A stretch of 64,000 nucleotides of DNA from Chthoniobacterales bacterium (GTDB lineage Bacteria; Verrucomicrobiota; Verrucomicrobiia; Chthoniobacterales; Chthoniobacteraceae), in NCBI GenBank assembly GCA_038207335.1, contig JBBQZX010000021.1, positions 40,909 to 104,908 on the forward strand, in the 5' to 3' direction. The position numbers and the translations under genes are program-made. The notes under the pieces are model-generated. The model was not told where the DNA came from. It made no database searches and saw only the letters and a program-made list of their open reading frames with translations. This document shows, in pieces, positions 20,984 through 33,202 of the stretch; position 1 is the first letter of the stretch; each line of letters begins with the position of its first letter.

Positions 20984-21232
20984 TCTGGTAAACATCACGT
21001 GGCGGGAAGCAGCGAGGAGGCAACAGCTTCGACCCTTTTCAAGCGCCCCGCTACTCGCCTTCCTTGGAATCGGCCGGCAGGTCCAGATCCGGCCTCATCC
21101 GCATGAGGTGGAGAGCGAGTCCGCGTTCGCGTGGGCGAAACCACACCTCATCCAGCCAGAGGCGGCCGCTCAGATTGTAATCCCGAGCCAGGGGGTGGAG
21201 CTCGTCGAAATACGCCGGCGGGTCCGGCTCCT

Positions 21233-21766
21233 TCAATAGTCCACCGGGGGCGGGGGAACCGGGACTTGAGTATCATGAAACGCCAACAGCTTCTCCGATA
21301 ACCGCCGCGCAAAAACCAAGCAAAGCCCGCCCAAGACGACATTCACAAAAGCCCGCCCGATCTCACCAAATGCCGTCTGAATCTGTGGAACGGTCGAATC
21401 CGAAGCGGCCGCGAGGGAGACTTCATAAAAACCCCAGGCCGCCACAGTGCCAGCCGAAGTCAGCATAAAGCGGAGCCCGAGGAACACAAAGGCGAGGCAA
21501 TACAAGTCTTTCAGTGTAATCCCCCCTAGCGCGACTTCCCGATCTGGCTCTGGCGTCACCTTCACCGCGAGACGTCCGGCATAGCGCCACATGCACACCG
21601 CTGCGAGGCCGAAGAAGAGGGGGCTGAGATATTCCACAAACGTCTTCGAAGCCCGGAAAGTCATGGAATGCTGCACTGCCTCCCCCACAAAAATCGAAAT
21701 GGCCTCCACCCCCCACAGTACCGCGAAGACTCGGAGGACGATGGTGACGATGGCGCTGAGGGGCAT
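21233..21766 (-). CDS. Hypothetical four-TM membrane protein
   Basis: Four hydrophobic segments in two internally similar halves. Confidence 0.75.
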   Translation of the reverse strand: MPLSAIVTIVLRVFAVLWGVEAISIFVGEAVQHSMTFRASKTFVEYLSPLFFGLAAVCMWRYAGRLAVKVTPEPDREVALGGITLKDLYCLAFVFLGLRFMLTSAGTVAAWGFYEVSLAAASDSTVPQIQTAFGEIGRAFVNVVLGGLCLVFARRLSEKLLAFHDTQVPVPPPPVDY

Positions 21767-21936
21767 GGGTATGAGGGTTACTCCGACACCATCAGGCCAA
21801 ATGAGCCAAAACCAAGCTTCCGCAAAGGATGCGCCGGGGAGCCATGCCGCGACCTTTACAGGAGAGGAAAAGGAGGAGGCAAGAGATATCTTTTACTTTC
21901 CACCGGATGGGGTAGGGCTGCGGCGGGGGGAGGGGT

Positions 21937-23325
21937 CTAGCGGGTGGGCTCGGGCCAGAGCCAGTCGCGGGCTTTGTAGCGGGAGGGGGTGGTGGCGTCG
22001 GTGAGGGTGGAGCCTTCGTCGTCGCGGGCATTCGCGCCGATGGAGTAGAGGAGGAAGGTGGCGGGGGTGGTGCGGCGGTAGCGCATGGGGGCTCCATTGA
22101 TGATGTCGGCGGGGATGGCGGGGAGGAGCGCGGGGACCAATTCGGAGAGGCTCTCGGGGTAGCTGCCATGCTGGATGCGGAAGCGCTCGAGGGCGCAGGC
22201 GATGCGGGTCTGGCGGCGGGTATTTTCGAGAGTGATGTAGCGGAGGAGGATGGCGTCCGTGTTCGATCCGAAGGCAAACGGCGTGGATATCGGTGGCGTA
22301 GCAAAGAGATCGGCACTGCGGTCGAACCCGGTTTCCAACTTTTTCAGGGAGCTGTCGGTGTCTTGGTTCTCGCGCACCTGCTTTCGCCAATGGTGCCCGG
22401 AGACGAACTCGACCCAGAGTCTCCACTCGGGCGTGAAGGCACCAAAGGTTCCGCCGATCGTCCTCCATTCTGTGAATGACATGCCGCGGCAGGCTTCCTC
22501 GGCGTCATTGATGAATCCGCGCTCGGAGGAAAACGTGAACCGGCCATCGGCGGCGAGGTCGATTGTGTCGAGCTCGGAAGCGATGCGGGTGAGGTCTTCG
22601 TCGCGCCAGAGGTGGGCGGCGATGCCGGAATCCACGGCACGGATCATCGCCGTGAAGTTCGTGACGCGCATCATCCCGCTGACCATCGAGCGCTCGGGGA
22701 GGGTAGCGCGATACAGCCGGGTGAGGTCGAGGAAGTCCTCGAGCGCCTCTGCAGGCTGCCCGGTGGCAAGATGCGCCTGCATTTTCATGCAGAGGATGGA
22801 GCCGATGTGCCAGGCTAGGACGATGGCACCTGAATCGAAGTCCGGCAGAGGCTTCGTGCTCTGCGGGAAGCGACTGCCGGGGCGGGAACGGGCGGCGCGG
22901 AGGTCGGCGAGGTCTTTTTGGTAACGCTCCAGTCCGAGGAGAACGGCGGCACCGGGGTCGGCAGGGGCGGTTTCCTTTGTGAGCCACTTCTCATCCAGCA
23001 TGGCTGTGCGCTGGGCTTCGAGCCGCTCGGCGAGAGTGGTCTGCGGGACGTTCAGCTTTGGCCTTGGCAGTGGGAACTTCCCCGACGACTCGCCCGTGGG
23101 CAGGTGCTCGAAGACGGTGCCGGTGATGTAGTTGTCCTCGGCGGGGATCTCCGGCGAGAGGAAGTCGTCGAAGTGCAGCAGGACACCGCGGGCGACGGCG
23201 GCGGTGCGATATTTCTCCCACTGCCGCCGGCCGTGGCTGCGGTCAAAGGCCACCCACGCGCACACGAGTAGCGAGAGGGCGGCGAGGCCGATGAAGGGCC
23301 AGGTCAGCCACAGCAGGCGCTTCAT
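21937..23325 (-). CDS. Membrane-anchored hypothetical protein with GspG-like C-terminal tail
   Basis: N-terminal TM; C-terminal IACALERFRIQHGSYPESLSELVP...PMRYRRT...LYSIGANARDDEG. Confidence 0.8.
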   Translation of the reverse strand: MKRLLWLTWPFIGLAALSLLVCAWVAFDRSHGRRQWEKYRTAAVARGVLLHFDDFLSPEIPAEDNYITGTVFEHLPTGESSGKFPLPRPKLNVPQTTLAERLEAQRTAMLDEKWLTKETAPADPGAAVLLGLERYQKDLADLRAARSRPGSRFPQSTKPLPDFDSGAIVLAWHIGSILCMKMQAHLATGQPAEALEDFLDLTRLYRATLPERSMVSGMMRVTNFTAMIRAVDSGIAAHLWRDEDLTRIASELDTIDLAADGRFTFSSERGFINDAEEACRGMSFTEWRTIGGTFGAFTPEWRLWVEFVSGHHWRKQVRENQDTDSSLKKLETGFDRSADLFATPPISTPFAFGSNTDAILLRYITLENTRRQTRIACALERFRIQHGSYPESLSELVPALLPAIPADIINGAPMRYRRTTPATFLLYSIGANARDDEGSTLTDATTPSRYKARDWLWPEPTR

Positions 23326-23341
23326 GGCGCGGGGGGCCGGG

Positions 23342-25363
23342 CTAGGCGCGGCGGTCGCGGATGGAGGCCAGGATGTCGGCGATGACTTCGGCGCGGGGGC
23401 GGGCGCCCTGAGGGCCTTTGCCGTGGATGCGGACGCTGACGACGCCGGTTTCGAGGTCGCGCGGGCCGAGGATAAGCATGTGGTGGACTTTCTGCATCTC
23501 GGCGTTGGCGATCTTGGCTTTAATCGGGTCACGGGTCTCGTCGATCTCGGCGCGGACGCCGTGGCTGCGGAGTTCCTTGACGTAGTCCTTTGCGAAAAAG
23601 ACCGAGGCCTCGTCGTCGCCTAAGGTGAGGACGCGGACCTGCAGGGGGGCGAGCCAGAGGGGGAAATTCCCCGCGTAGTGCTCGATGAGGAAGCCGATGA
23701 AGCGCTCGTGGGTGCCGAGGGGGGCGCGGTGGATGCAGAGGGGGGTGGCGTCGGTATTCTCGCGGGTCTTGTAGTGGAGGCCGAAGCGGGCGGGGACGGC
23801 GAAATCGACCTGGTTGGTGGCGAGAGTGAACTCTTTGCCGATGACGTTCCAAATCTGGATGTCGATCTTCGGCCCGTAGAAGGCGGCTTCGTTGGGCACT
23901 TCGATGAAGGGCGCGCCGCTGGCGATGAGGACGTCGCGGACCATCTTCTCGGTCTTGAGCCAGAGGTCGGACTGATCGACGTATTTCTTGCCGAGCTCCT
24001 CGGGGCTGTGGGTGCTGAAGCGGAACTGGTAGCGATCGACGCCGAAGATGGCGAAGTATTTGAGGTACATCTGGTTGACGGCCTCGAACTCGGCGGCGAA
24101 CTGCTCCTCGGTGCAGTAGATGTGGGCGTCGTTCATCTGCATGGCGCGCACGCGCATGAGCCCGAAGAGTTCGCCCGACTGCTCGTAGCGGTAGCACGTC
24201 CCATATTCCGCCAGCCGCAAAGGCAGGTCGCGATAGCTGCGCGGCACCGCCCCGAAGAGCTTGTGGTGGTGCGGGCAGTTCATGGCTTTGAGGTAGTAGC
24301 GGTCGCCTCGCACCAAGCGTTGGAACGCCGCGTTGTGGGTTTGGTATTCCGCCCACGTTGCCGCTATCTCAGGAGGAAAAGTCCCGGCTTGCTCGGCTCT
24401 TGATACGACTTCATCGACGGGGCCTTCTTCCCCAGCGGGAATCCAATCCCTTACTTTCACAAACGCGGCCCGTGCTTTGTGACTGAGTTCATCGGACTGC
24501 GCCGCGTTCTCATTTAACATCATCGGCGGAAACATGCTGTCCGCGTAGTAAGGCAGGTGCCCGCTGGTGAGATACATGTTCTCCCGCGCGAGGTGCGGGG
24601 TGCGGACGCGGTCGTAGCCGGCGGCGAACTCCGTCTCTTTGGCGAGCTTTTCCAACTCCTCGATGAGGACGGTGCCGCGCGGGAGCCAGAGCGGGAGGCC
24701 GGGGCCGACATCATCGTCGAAGCAGAAGAGCTCCATCTCGCGGCCGAGCTTGCGGTGGTCGCGCTTTTTCGCCTCCTCGAGCATGGTGAAATACTCGTCG
24801 AGCAGGGTCTTGTTCTTGAAGGCGGTACCGTAGATGCGCTGGAGCTGGGGGTTCTTTTCGTCGCCCTTGTAGTAGGCGCTGGCGACGTGCGTGAGCCGGA
24901 AGGCGCCGATATTTCCCGTGCGCATGACGTGGGGCCCGGCGCAGAGGTCGGTGAAGTCGCCGTTGCGGAAGATGGAGATTTCCTCGCCCTCGGGGATGCC
25001 CTGGATGATGTCGAGCTTGAAAGTGGAGGGGGTGCCGCGCGTGGCGAGGGCGGCGAGCTCGCCGCGATAGGCCATGGCGAGGGCATCGGCGCGGCTGAGG
25101 GTCTGCTTTTCAAAGGTGTGGTTGGCCTTGATCTCCTTTTTCATCTCGGCCTCGATGGCGGGGAAGTCCTCGGGGGTGATGCGGTGGGAGGGGAGGTCGA
25201 GGTCGTAGTAGAAGCCGGCCTCGACGGGGGGGCCGGCGGCGAATTGGGCATCCGGCCAGATGCGGAGGATGGCGGTGGCGAGGACGTGGGCGGCGCTGTG
25301 GCGGAGCCGCTCGAGGTCGGTCATCTGCGCGCGTTGTTCGAGGGTTTTGCGTTCGTCGGACAT
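23342..25363 (-). CDS. thrS: Threonine--tRNA ligase (no N-terminal TGS domain; ~70-aa insert)
   Basis: LRHSAAHVLA, DLCAGPH, RDHRKLG, MNCPHH, YRYEQSGELFGLMRVR, AAFYGPKID, IHRAPLGTHERF. Confidence 0.97.
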   Translation of the reverse strand: MSDERKTLEQRAQMTDLERLRHSAAHVLATAILRIWPDAQFAAGPPVEAGFYYDLDLPSHRITPEDFPAIEAEMKKEIKANHTFEKQTLSRADALAMAYRGELAALATRGTPSTFKLDIIQGIPEGEEISIFRNGDFTDLCAGPHVMRTGNIGAFRLTHVASAYYKGDEKNPQLQRIYGTAFKNKTLLDEYFTMLEEAKKRDHRKLGREMELFCFDDDVGPGLPLWLPRGTVLIEELEKLAKETEFAAGYDRVRTPHLARENMYLTSGHLPYYADSMFPPMMLNENAAQSDELSHKARAAFVKVRDWIPAGEEGPVDEVVSRAEQAGTFPPEIAATWAEYQTHNAAFQRLVRGDRYYLKAMNCPHHHKLFGAVPRSYRDLPLRLAEYGTCYRYEQSGELFGLMRVRAMQMNDAHIYCTEEQFAAEFEAVNQMYLKYFAIFGVDRYQFRFSTHSPEELGKKYVDQSDLWLKTEKMVRDVLIASGAPFIEVPNEAAFYGPKIDIQIWNVIGKEFTLATNQVDFAVPARFGLHYKTRENTDATPLCIHRAPLGTHERFIGFLIEHYAGNFPLWLAPLQVRVLTLGDDEASVFFAKDYVKELRSHGVRAEIDETRDPIKAKIANAEMQKVHHMLILGPRDLETGVVSVRIHGKGPQGARPRAEVIADILASIRDRRA

Positions 25364-25544
25364 AGGGAAAAAGGCGGACAAGCTAGGGCGCGCGGGGTCC
25401 GGGTGCAATGCCGGAGGGGAGGTGAACGTCGGAGGCTCGGGATTCGCGAGGCAATCCTCGCGGATGGTGGGTTTCAGCGAGACTCGGGCGTTGCCGCGCG
25501 GCTGGAAGTGCTCAACCTCCACGACTACCCGCGCAGCTTCCATC

Positions 25545-25673
25545 ATGGCATTCCTCCACTCGGACACGTTCCACATTTTCTCCCAAGTCTTGCTCGGCGG
25601 GGTCTGGGTCTTTCACGGCGTTTACAGCAAGATCATGGATGGCATCCCGCGGCATCGCTTGATCGTCGGGAGG
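25545..25673 (+). pseudogene. Truncated DoxX-like family protein (N-terminal 43 codons)
   Basis: VWVFHGVYSKIMDGIPRHRLIVGR, then runs into the antisense strand of the methyltransferase. Confidence 0.65.
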
Positions 25674-26303
25674 GCCGAAGGCGAAGAAGTTTGCGAGGTC
25701 GCGGAGATGCTCCACGAGCACGACCCGGCCACCGGGCGAGAGGCATCGGCGCGCCTCGGAAAACCACGCGCTACGCTCCCGCTCGCTCCTCAGTTCATGG
25801 ATCGCGAGCAGGCCGAAGATGGCGTCGGACGTTTCCTCCGGCACGGGCCACCGGTCATAAGGCGCTGCGAGCGTGCCGGGCGTGGGCGGGAATATCCTTC
25901 GCGCCCGCCGGATCGACGCTTCGGTCATGCGGGTCGCGTCGAAGTGATCGAGGAGGAGCCATTCGCACCGGTCGAAGCGGAGGCGAAGGGCGTCGGAGGC
26001 TTCGTCGAAACCGGAATGGCAGAAGATCGCGCGACGGAGGAATGCCCCGCGCAGGGCACGATCCAGCCAGCGCCAGCGATACAAATCCGAGCGGTCGTAG
26101 ATGACATGGGAGACGCCGAGCGATCCGACCAAAAAGTAAGCCGCGCCTGTCAGCCCGGCGGCGCAGAGCAGCTTCAGTGGGAGCGCATTGAAGAAACAAA
26201 GCCCGGCAAGCGAAGCCAGCAGAGCAGCCATTGCGGCGGCGTAAAACGGCCAGTTGAAACGCGCGATGGCCAGCATTCCCTGCCAATGCGAACGCTGCTT
26301 CAA
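25671..26303 (-). pseudogene. C-terminally truncated class I SAM-dependent methyltransferase
   Basis: TTG start overlapping the DUF2071 stop; HSGFDEAS, TEASIRRAR, LLAIHELR, LSPGGRVVLVEHLRDLANFFAFGP, then similarity ends abruptly. Confidence 0.7.
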
Positions 26304-27061
26304 GCCGCACCTCCCGCGCGCACGATCCGCCCGCGTTCCCACCGATAGGCGACGCGGCGCACCGCGAATGCGTTCGCGAGGATCGGCGTCGTCCCGCGAA
26401 AAGGCGCTTCGTCGAAAAGGCCGACCCGCCACTCCCGCACCGCGGCGGGACGCGGCGTCCAGTCCTGACGGCTCCCTTCGATCACCACAAATGTCCCATC
26501 TTCCTGCACGCTGAAAGTGAATGGCATCGGCCCGGCAAAGCGACGCGCCGCGTGCCAGTCGGCGAACGGCGAGCCTGCCGGCAGCGGAGCCGTTTCGTCC
26601 GCAGAGGCGAACGTGAGATCGAGCGTTGGCGTTCCATCGGGGAGCGAAGTCTCGACGCGCACCTGCTCGTGGGCTTCCTCGATCCGCGCATTCACGTAGC
26701 GGTAGCGGTAGTGCGTCATCAGGTTTCCCAACCAAACCATTCGGTGCCGGTCGGTTTCGCTGCGCAAAATCTGGAGGCCGCGCAGGCGCCGAGTGCCGTC
26801 TTGAAGCCGGGTGAAGATGCGGTATCCCGCGAGGAGGAAATCCTGCCCGAAGAAGGAGGGGAAACCCGCGGGACGCAGGCCTTTCGTCCAGACAATGGCG
26901 ACTGTCACGAAACCGAGACCGGCAAACGTATCGATCTCCAAACCCTTCGGCACCAGCGGTCGGAGAATCTCTTCTGGAAACGCGAATGAGACCGCCACTA
27001 CCTGATCGAACCAAGCGACGACCGGAAAGGGCCTGCGGAGAAGATTCGCGAGTTTTGCCAT
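26300..27061 (-). CDS. DUF2071/YqjF family protein
   Basis: LRPAGFPSFFGQDFLLAGYRIF, LRGLQILRSETD, ARRFAGPMPFTF. Confidence 0.85.
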   Translation of the reverse strand: MAKLANLLRRPFPVVAWFDQVVAVSFAFPEEILRPLVPKGLEIDTFAGLGFVTVAIVWTKGLRPAGFPSFFGQDFLLAGYRIFTRLQDGTRRLRGLQILRSETDRHRMVWLGNLMTHYRYRYVNARIEEAHEQVRVETSLPDGTPTLDLTFASADETAPLPAGSPFADWHAARRFAGPMPFTFSVQEDGTFVVIEGSRQDWTPRPAAVREWRVGLFDEAPFRGTTPILANAFAVRRVAYRWERGRIVRAGGAA

Positions 27062-27244
27062 GCTTCTCGGACTAATCGCGAGTGATGTCGGATGCACGCG
27101 TCGAGAGCGAAATGGCGTGCTCTCTCTAGGGTTTTGGCGGGGGTGTTTCATTTTGTGCAGAGAATGAACGACTGTGGATATTTGACCTGCCTCGAACAGC
27201 GCAGCACAGCCGCTTTTCTCTGTAAAATCACGCAAAACGGGCGC

Positions 27245-27260
27245 TGGCACGACCGCTGCT
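27245..27260 (+). promoter_or_regulatory. Sigma54 (-24/-12) promoter
   Basis: TGGCAC-gaccg-CTGCT with GG and GC at the correct spacing, about 210 bp upstream of the first amt gene. Confidence 0.75.
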
Positions 27261-27466
27261 AGGGGCGCCGCCGTGATTTCAAGTCTATCGCACAGCCCTT
27301 TCCGCGCTGCGACCATCCTTTTGCCCCAGCCATGTGCGCATTTCGCGCCTATCGCCGCGCGGCGCTCACTTTCGTCCCTGCACCATGTCGTGTCGCCTAT
27401 GGCGCGCGCTGCCGTGCGGTGACGGATGCAACACAACCAAAACCGAAAACCACACCACACGAAACT

Positions 27467-29041
27467 ATGCAGAAATCATTGAAACGCACTTTGCTCCCGG
27501 CCCTCGCGGCGGCGATGTGTTGGCTCACCCTCGGGGATGCCCCGCTCCACGCGCAGGATGCCGCCGCTCCGGCAGCGCCCGTCGCCGCGGAGCCGACAGT
27601 CGCCGCACCGGATGCCGCACCTGCCGCAGTCGCTCCGGCGGAAGCCGCGCCTGCTGCGCCGACGGACCCGATCACCGACATCAAGAACGCCTCCAGTGCG
27701 ATGCGCACCGGCCTCGACACCGTCTGGGTGCTCGTCACCGCGATGCTTGTCTTCTGGATGAACGCCGGCTTCGCCCTCGTCGAGAGCGGCTTGTGCCAAT
27801 CCAAAAACTGCGTCAACATCCTGTTCAAGAACTTCATCGTCTTCGCCTGTTCGACGGTGTCGTTCTGGGTCATCGGATGGGGCATCATGTTTGGCGATGG
27901 GACGCCATTCATGGGCACATCGGGGCTCTGGTTCGTCGGGGGTGCCGATAATTCGCCCGCGCTCGGCCACGACTACATGTCGATGAATCCGTTCTCCGGC
28001 GAGGAATACAAAGGCGTCTATGGCGCGATCAACTGGACCCCGGTTCCGCTGTGGGCGAAGTTTTTCTTCCAGCTCGTCTTCGCCGGCACCGCCGCAACGA
28101 TCGTCTCCGGTGCAGTCGCCGAGCGTATCAAGTTCCACAGCTTCATGGTCTTCAGCTTCATCCTGGTCGCGGTGTTCTACCCGATCACCGGTCACTGGAT
28201 CTGGGGCGGCGGTCTCCTCGGCGCGAATAACTTCCGCGACTTCGCAGGTTCGACTGTCGTGCATTCCGTCGGCGGCTGGGCAGCGCTCGCAGGCGTCATC
28301 GTCCTCGGGCCACGGCGCGGGAAATTCCGCGATGGGAAAGTGCATCCGATCCCCGGTCACAACATGACCTCCGCCGCTCTCGGCGTGCTCATCCTGTGGC
28401 TCGGCTGGTTCGGCTTCAACCCCGGCTCCACGATGTCCGCAGGCGACGGTAAGGCGATCGCCCACGTCCTCGTGAACACGAACATTGCAGCCGCCACCGG
28501 CGCGCTCTTCGCGCTCATCACCGCCTGGACTTTGCTGAAAAAGCCGGATTTCTCGATGGTTCTCAATGGCTGTCTCGCGGGCCTCGTCGCCATCACGGCG
28601 CCGTGCGCTTTCACCACGATCACCTCGGGTGCGATCATCGGCGCCATTGCCGGCGTCGTCGTCGTCGTGGCGGTCATCTTCTTCGATAAGATCAAGCTCG
28701 ACGACCCGGTGGGCGCCCTCTCGGTCCATCTCGTCTGTGGCGTGTGGGGCACCCTCGCGCTCGGGCTTTTCTACGACAAGGACGTCACCGCCAACATCGC
28801 CGCGCTCCCGCCAAATGCGGCCGACGCAGCGGGCTGGACGGCAATGAGCCAGACGATGGTGCAGCTCAAGGGGATCCTCTACTGCGGTGGATTCACCTTC
28901 ATCGCGTCGCTCATCGTTTGGTTCATCATCAAGGCCGTCTTCGGTCTGCGTGTGAGCGCTGAGGAAGAGATCGAAGGTCTCGACATCGGCGAGCACGGCA
29001 ACGAAGCGTACCCGAACTTCCAACCCGCGAGCCGCGGCTAA
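27467..29041 (+). CDS. amt: Ammonium transporter (copy 1)
   Basis: MNAGFALVESG, IVSGAVAER, DFAGSTVVH, WFGFNPGS, LAGLVAITA, DDPVGALSVH, GLDIGEHG. Confidence 0.97.
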   Translation: MQKSLKRTLLPALAAAMCWLTLGDAPLHAQDAAAPAAPVAAEPTVAAPDAAPAAVAPAEAAPAAPTDPITDIKNASSAMRTGLDTVWVLVTAMLVFWMNAGFALVESGLCQSKNCVNILFKNFIVFACSTVSFWVIGWGIMFGDGTPFMGTSGLWFVGGADNSPALGHDYMSMNPFSGEEYKGVYGAINWTPVPLWAKFFFQLVFAGTAATIVSGAVAERIKFHSFMVFSFILVAVFYPITGHWIWGGGLLGANNFRDFAGSTVVHSVGGWAALAGVIVLGPRRGKFRDGKVHPIPGHNMTSAALGVLILWLGWFGFNPGSTMSAGDGKAIAHVLVNTNIAAATGALFALITAWTLLKKPDFSMVLNGCLAGLVAITAPCAFTTITSGAIIGAIAGVVVVVAVIFFDKIKLDDPVGALSVHLVCGVWGTLALGLFYDKDVTANIAALPPNAADAAGWTAMSQTMVQLKGILYCGGFTFIASLIVWFIIKAVFGLRVSAEEEIEGLDIGEHGNEAYPNFQPASRG

Positions 29042-29053
29042 GAAACGGCATCG

Positions 29054-29088
29054 CCCGGTCCCGGCTGCCATCGCGCAGCCGGGCCGGG
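29054..29088 (+). other. GC-rich intergenic hairpin between amt and P-II
   Basis: cccggtcccggctgc-catcgc-gcagccgggccggg. Confidence 0.55.
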
Positions 29089-29098
29089 TATTTCCTAA

Positions 29099-29446
<348 letters not shown>

Positions 29447-29460
29447 AACGCAGAACTGTC

Positions 29461-29499
29461 CGCGCGGGCAGCAGCGCTTCGGCGTTCGCTGCCCGTGCG
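29461..29499 (+). terminator. Stem-loop after P-II (TTCG loop)
   Basis: cgcgcgggcagc...ttcg...gctgcccgtgcg; no immediate T-run. Confidence 0.5.
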
Positions 29500-29548
29500 T
29501 GGCGTTCCGCACTTTTCCCCGAATCCATAACTCCCTTACTTCCCTAAA

Positions 29549-29875
29549 ATGAACCCACTCCTTATCCTTCTTGTCTTCGCCTCCGTCGCCGTCTTTGCCG
29601 GCATGGGCGCGCATCTTCAAAAAGCTCGCACGGCGAAAATCTTTCACATCGTCGGCGGTGCCCTGGGCATGACCGCCTCCATCGCTTTCGCCCTCACGCA
29701 GCACAAGCTCTCGTGGGCATTCATCGTCCCGTTCGTATTCGCGATGATCTTCGCCGGACGCGCGCTCGGTGACTGGGCGCGCGGCCGCGTCAGCTTCCAG
29801 CCCCCCGCGCAGCTCTTCTTTCTCGCCGGGACCCTTTCGCTTCTCGGAGCACTGAGCACGTTGCTCGTCCGCTGA
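29549..29875 (+). CDS. Small hypothetical membrane protein
   Basis: 108 aa with about four hydrophobic segments. Confidence 0.7.
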   Translation: MNPLLILLVFASVAVFAGMGAHLQKARTAKIFHIVGGALGMTASIAFALTQHKLSWAFIVPFVFAMIFAGRALGDWARGRVSFQPPAQLFFLAGTLSLLGALSTLLVR

Positions 29876-29886
29876 ATCTTCCAGGC

Positions 29887-31161
29887 GTGATTGCTTCCAT
29901 CGTCGCGGACCCAAATCCGCTGATGATCCTCCCATTCGGCGCGATGCTCCTGTGCATCGCGATCATGCCGCTTTTCGCGCCGAAATTCTGGGAGCACAAC
30001 CTCCAGAAAGTCTCCATCGGCCTCGGCGCGATCAGCGTCATCTATTACCTCGCCGTCCTGCACGATGGCTGGCGCATGGCCGAAGTCGCGCACGACTACG
30101 CAAGCTTCATCCTTTTTATCGGCGCGCTTTTCGTCATCGCCGGCGGCATCCACATCGGGGTGAAAGGCGAAGCGCAGCCGGGCCACAACACGTCGTTCCT
30201 GCTGATCGGCGCGGTGCTCGCGAATCTTGTCGGCACCACCGGCGCATCGATGCTCCTCATCCGTCCGTGGATTCGCATGAACCGCTACCGCTTCACGCAT
30301 TTCCACACAGTATTTTTCATCTTCGCAGTCAGCAACGTCGGCGGCTGCCTCACTCCCGTCGGCGATCCGCCGCTCTTTCTTGGCTATTTGAGGGGCGTGC
30401 CTTTCTGGTGGATCACGGAGAAAACCTGGCCCGCGTGGCTCTTCGCCGTCGGCGCGCTGCTCGCGATTTTCTACATCGTCGATCGGCGGAATTTTCACAA
30501 AGTCCCCAAGCCGATTCGTGACGCCGAGCCGCACGAGAAATTCAAAATCACCGGAATCAAAAATGTCGGCTGGCTCGCACTCGCGCTCGGTGCGGTCTTC
30601 ATCAAGAGCCCGCAGGGATTGCGTGAAGTCATCATGGCCGGCACAGCGATCGGCTCCTACTTCACCACGTCGAAAGCCGTCCACGAGTCGAACCATTTCA
30701 ACTTTGCTCCGATCAAGGAAGTCGCGTGGCTCTTCCTCGGAATCTTCGCCACGATGGTGCCCGCGCTCGACTATCTCGAGCTCCACGCCACCACGCTCGG
30801 CATCGCGCATCCGGGCCAATTCTACTGGCTCAGCGGCGCCCTCTCCGGCGTGCTCGATAACGCGCCGACCTACCTGACATTCCTCGCCGCCGCATTCGGC
30901 ATCAAAGGTCTGAATCTCAACGACGCCGCGCACATGACGAAGTTCCTCGCCGAGCACGGCATTTACGTGGTCGCCATCTCGCTCGGCTCCGTGTTCTTCG
31001 GCGCGATGACCTACATCGGCAACGGCCCAAACTTCATGGTGAAATCCATCTGCGACCACGCCGGCGTCCACACGCCCAGCTTCTTCAACTACATTATCCG
31101 CTACTCCGTGCCCGTGCTGCTCCCCATCTTCGCGGCAGTCGCGTGGCTGATGTTGCGGTAA
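29887..31161 (+). CDS. Putative sodium:proton antiporter (ion transporter superfamily)
   Basis: GTTGASMLLIRP, SNVGGCLTPVGDPPLFLGYLRGVPF, LDNAPTY, YIGNGPNFMVKSI. Confidence 0.88.
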   Translation: MIASIVADPNPLMILPFGAMLLCIAIMPLFAPKFWEHNLQKVSIGLGAISVIYYLAVLHDGWRMAEVAHDYASFILFIGALFVIAGGIHIGVKGEAQPGHNTSFLLIGAVLANLVGTTGASMLLIRPWIRMNRYRFTHFHTVFFIFAVSNVGGCLTPVGDPPLFLGYLRGVPFWWITEKTWPAWLFAVGALLAIFYIVDRRNFHKVPKPIRDAEPHEKFKITGIKNVGWLALALGAVFIKSPQGLREVIMAGTAIGSYFTTSKAVHESNHFNFAPIKEVAWLFLGIFATMVPALDYLELHATTLGIAHPGQFYWLSGALSGVLDNAPTYLTFLAAAFGIKGLNLNDAAHMTKFLAEHGIYVVAISLGSVFFGAMTYIGNGPNFMVKSICDHAGVHTPSFFNYIIRYSVPVLLPIFAAVAWLMLR

Positions 31162-31213
31162 CGCAAGCCGCCGTCTCGCGACAGGACAGGCTCAAGCCGG
31201 AGGCTTGCGCTAC
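31158..31213. repeat. GTAG-type REP-like palindrome
   Basis: gtaacgcaagcc ... caagccggaggcttgcgctac (reverse strand GTAGCGCAAGCCTCCGGCTTG). Confidence 0.65.
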
Positions 31214-31258
31214 GGCGATCTCCCCGCTAACCCTCCCGCTCGACATCCCCACATCCTC

Positions 31259-33170
<1,912 letters not shown>

Positions 33171-33202
33171 GCGCTGTCCGGTAGGCGCGCTCCCGGCTAC
33201 AG

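Noticed and set aside
21051..21236. 61-aa minus-strand ORF
   Set aside because: TTG start and no recognisable family; may be a gene remnant but cannot be supported
24306..24520. Intein or intron in thrS
   Set aside because: No C/S start, HN end or splice structure; the frame is open
25364..25544. T-box or attenuator upstream of thrS
   Set aside because: No T-box motif or terminator/antiterminator pair seen
27143..27159. NtrC-like enhancer site GTGTTTCATTTTGTGCA
   Set aside because: Only one half matches TGCAC-N7-GTGCA; too weak to call
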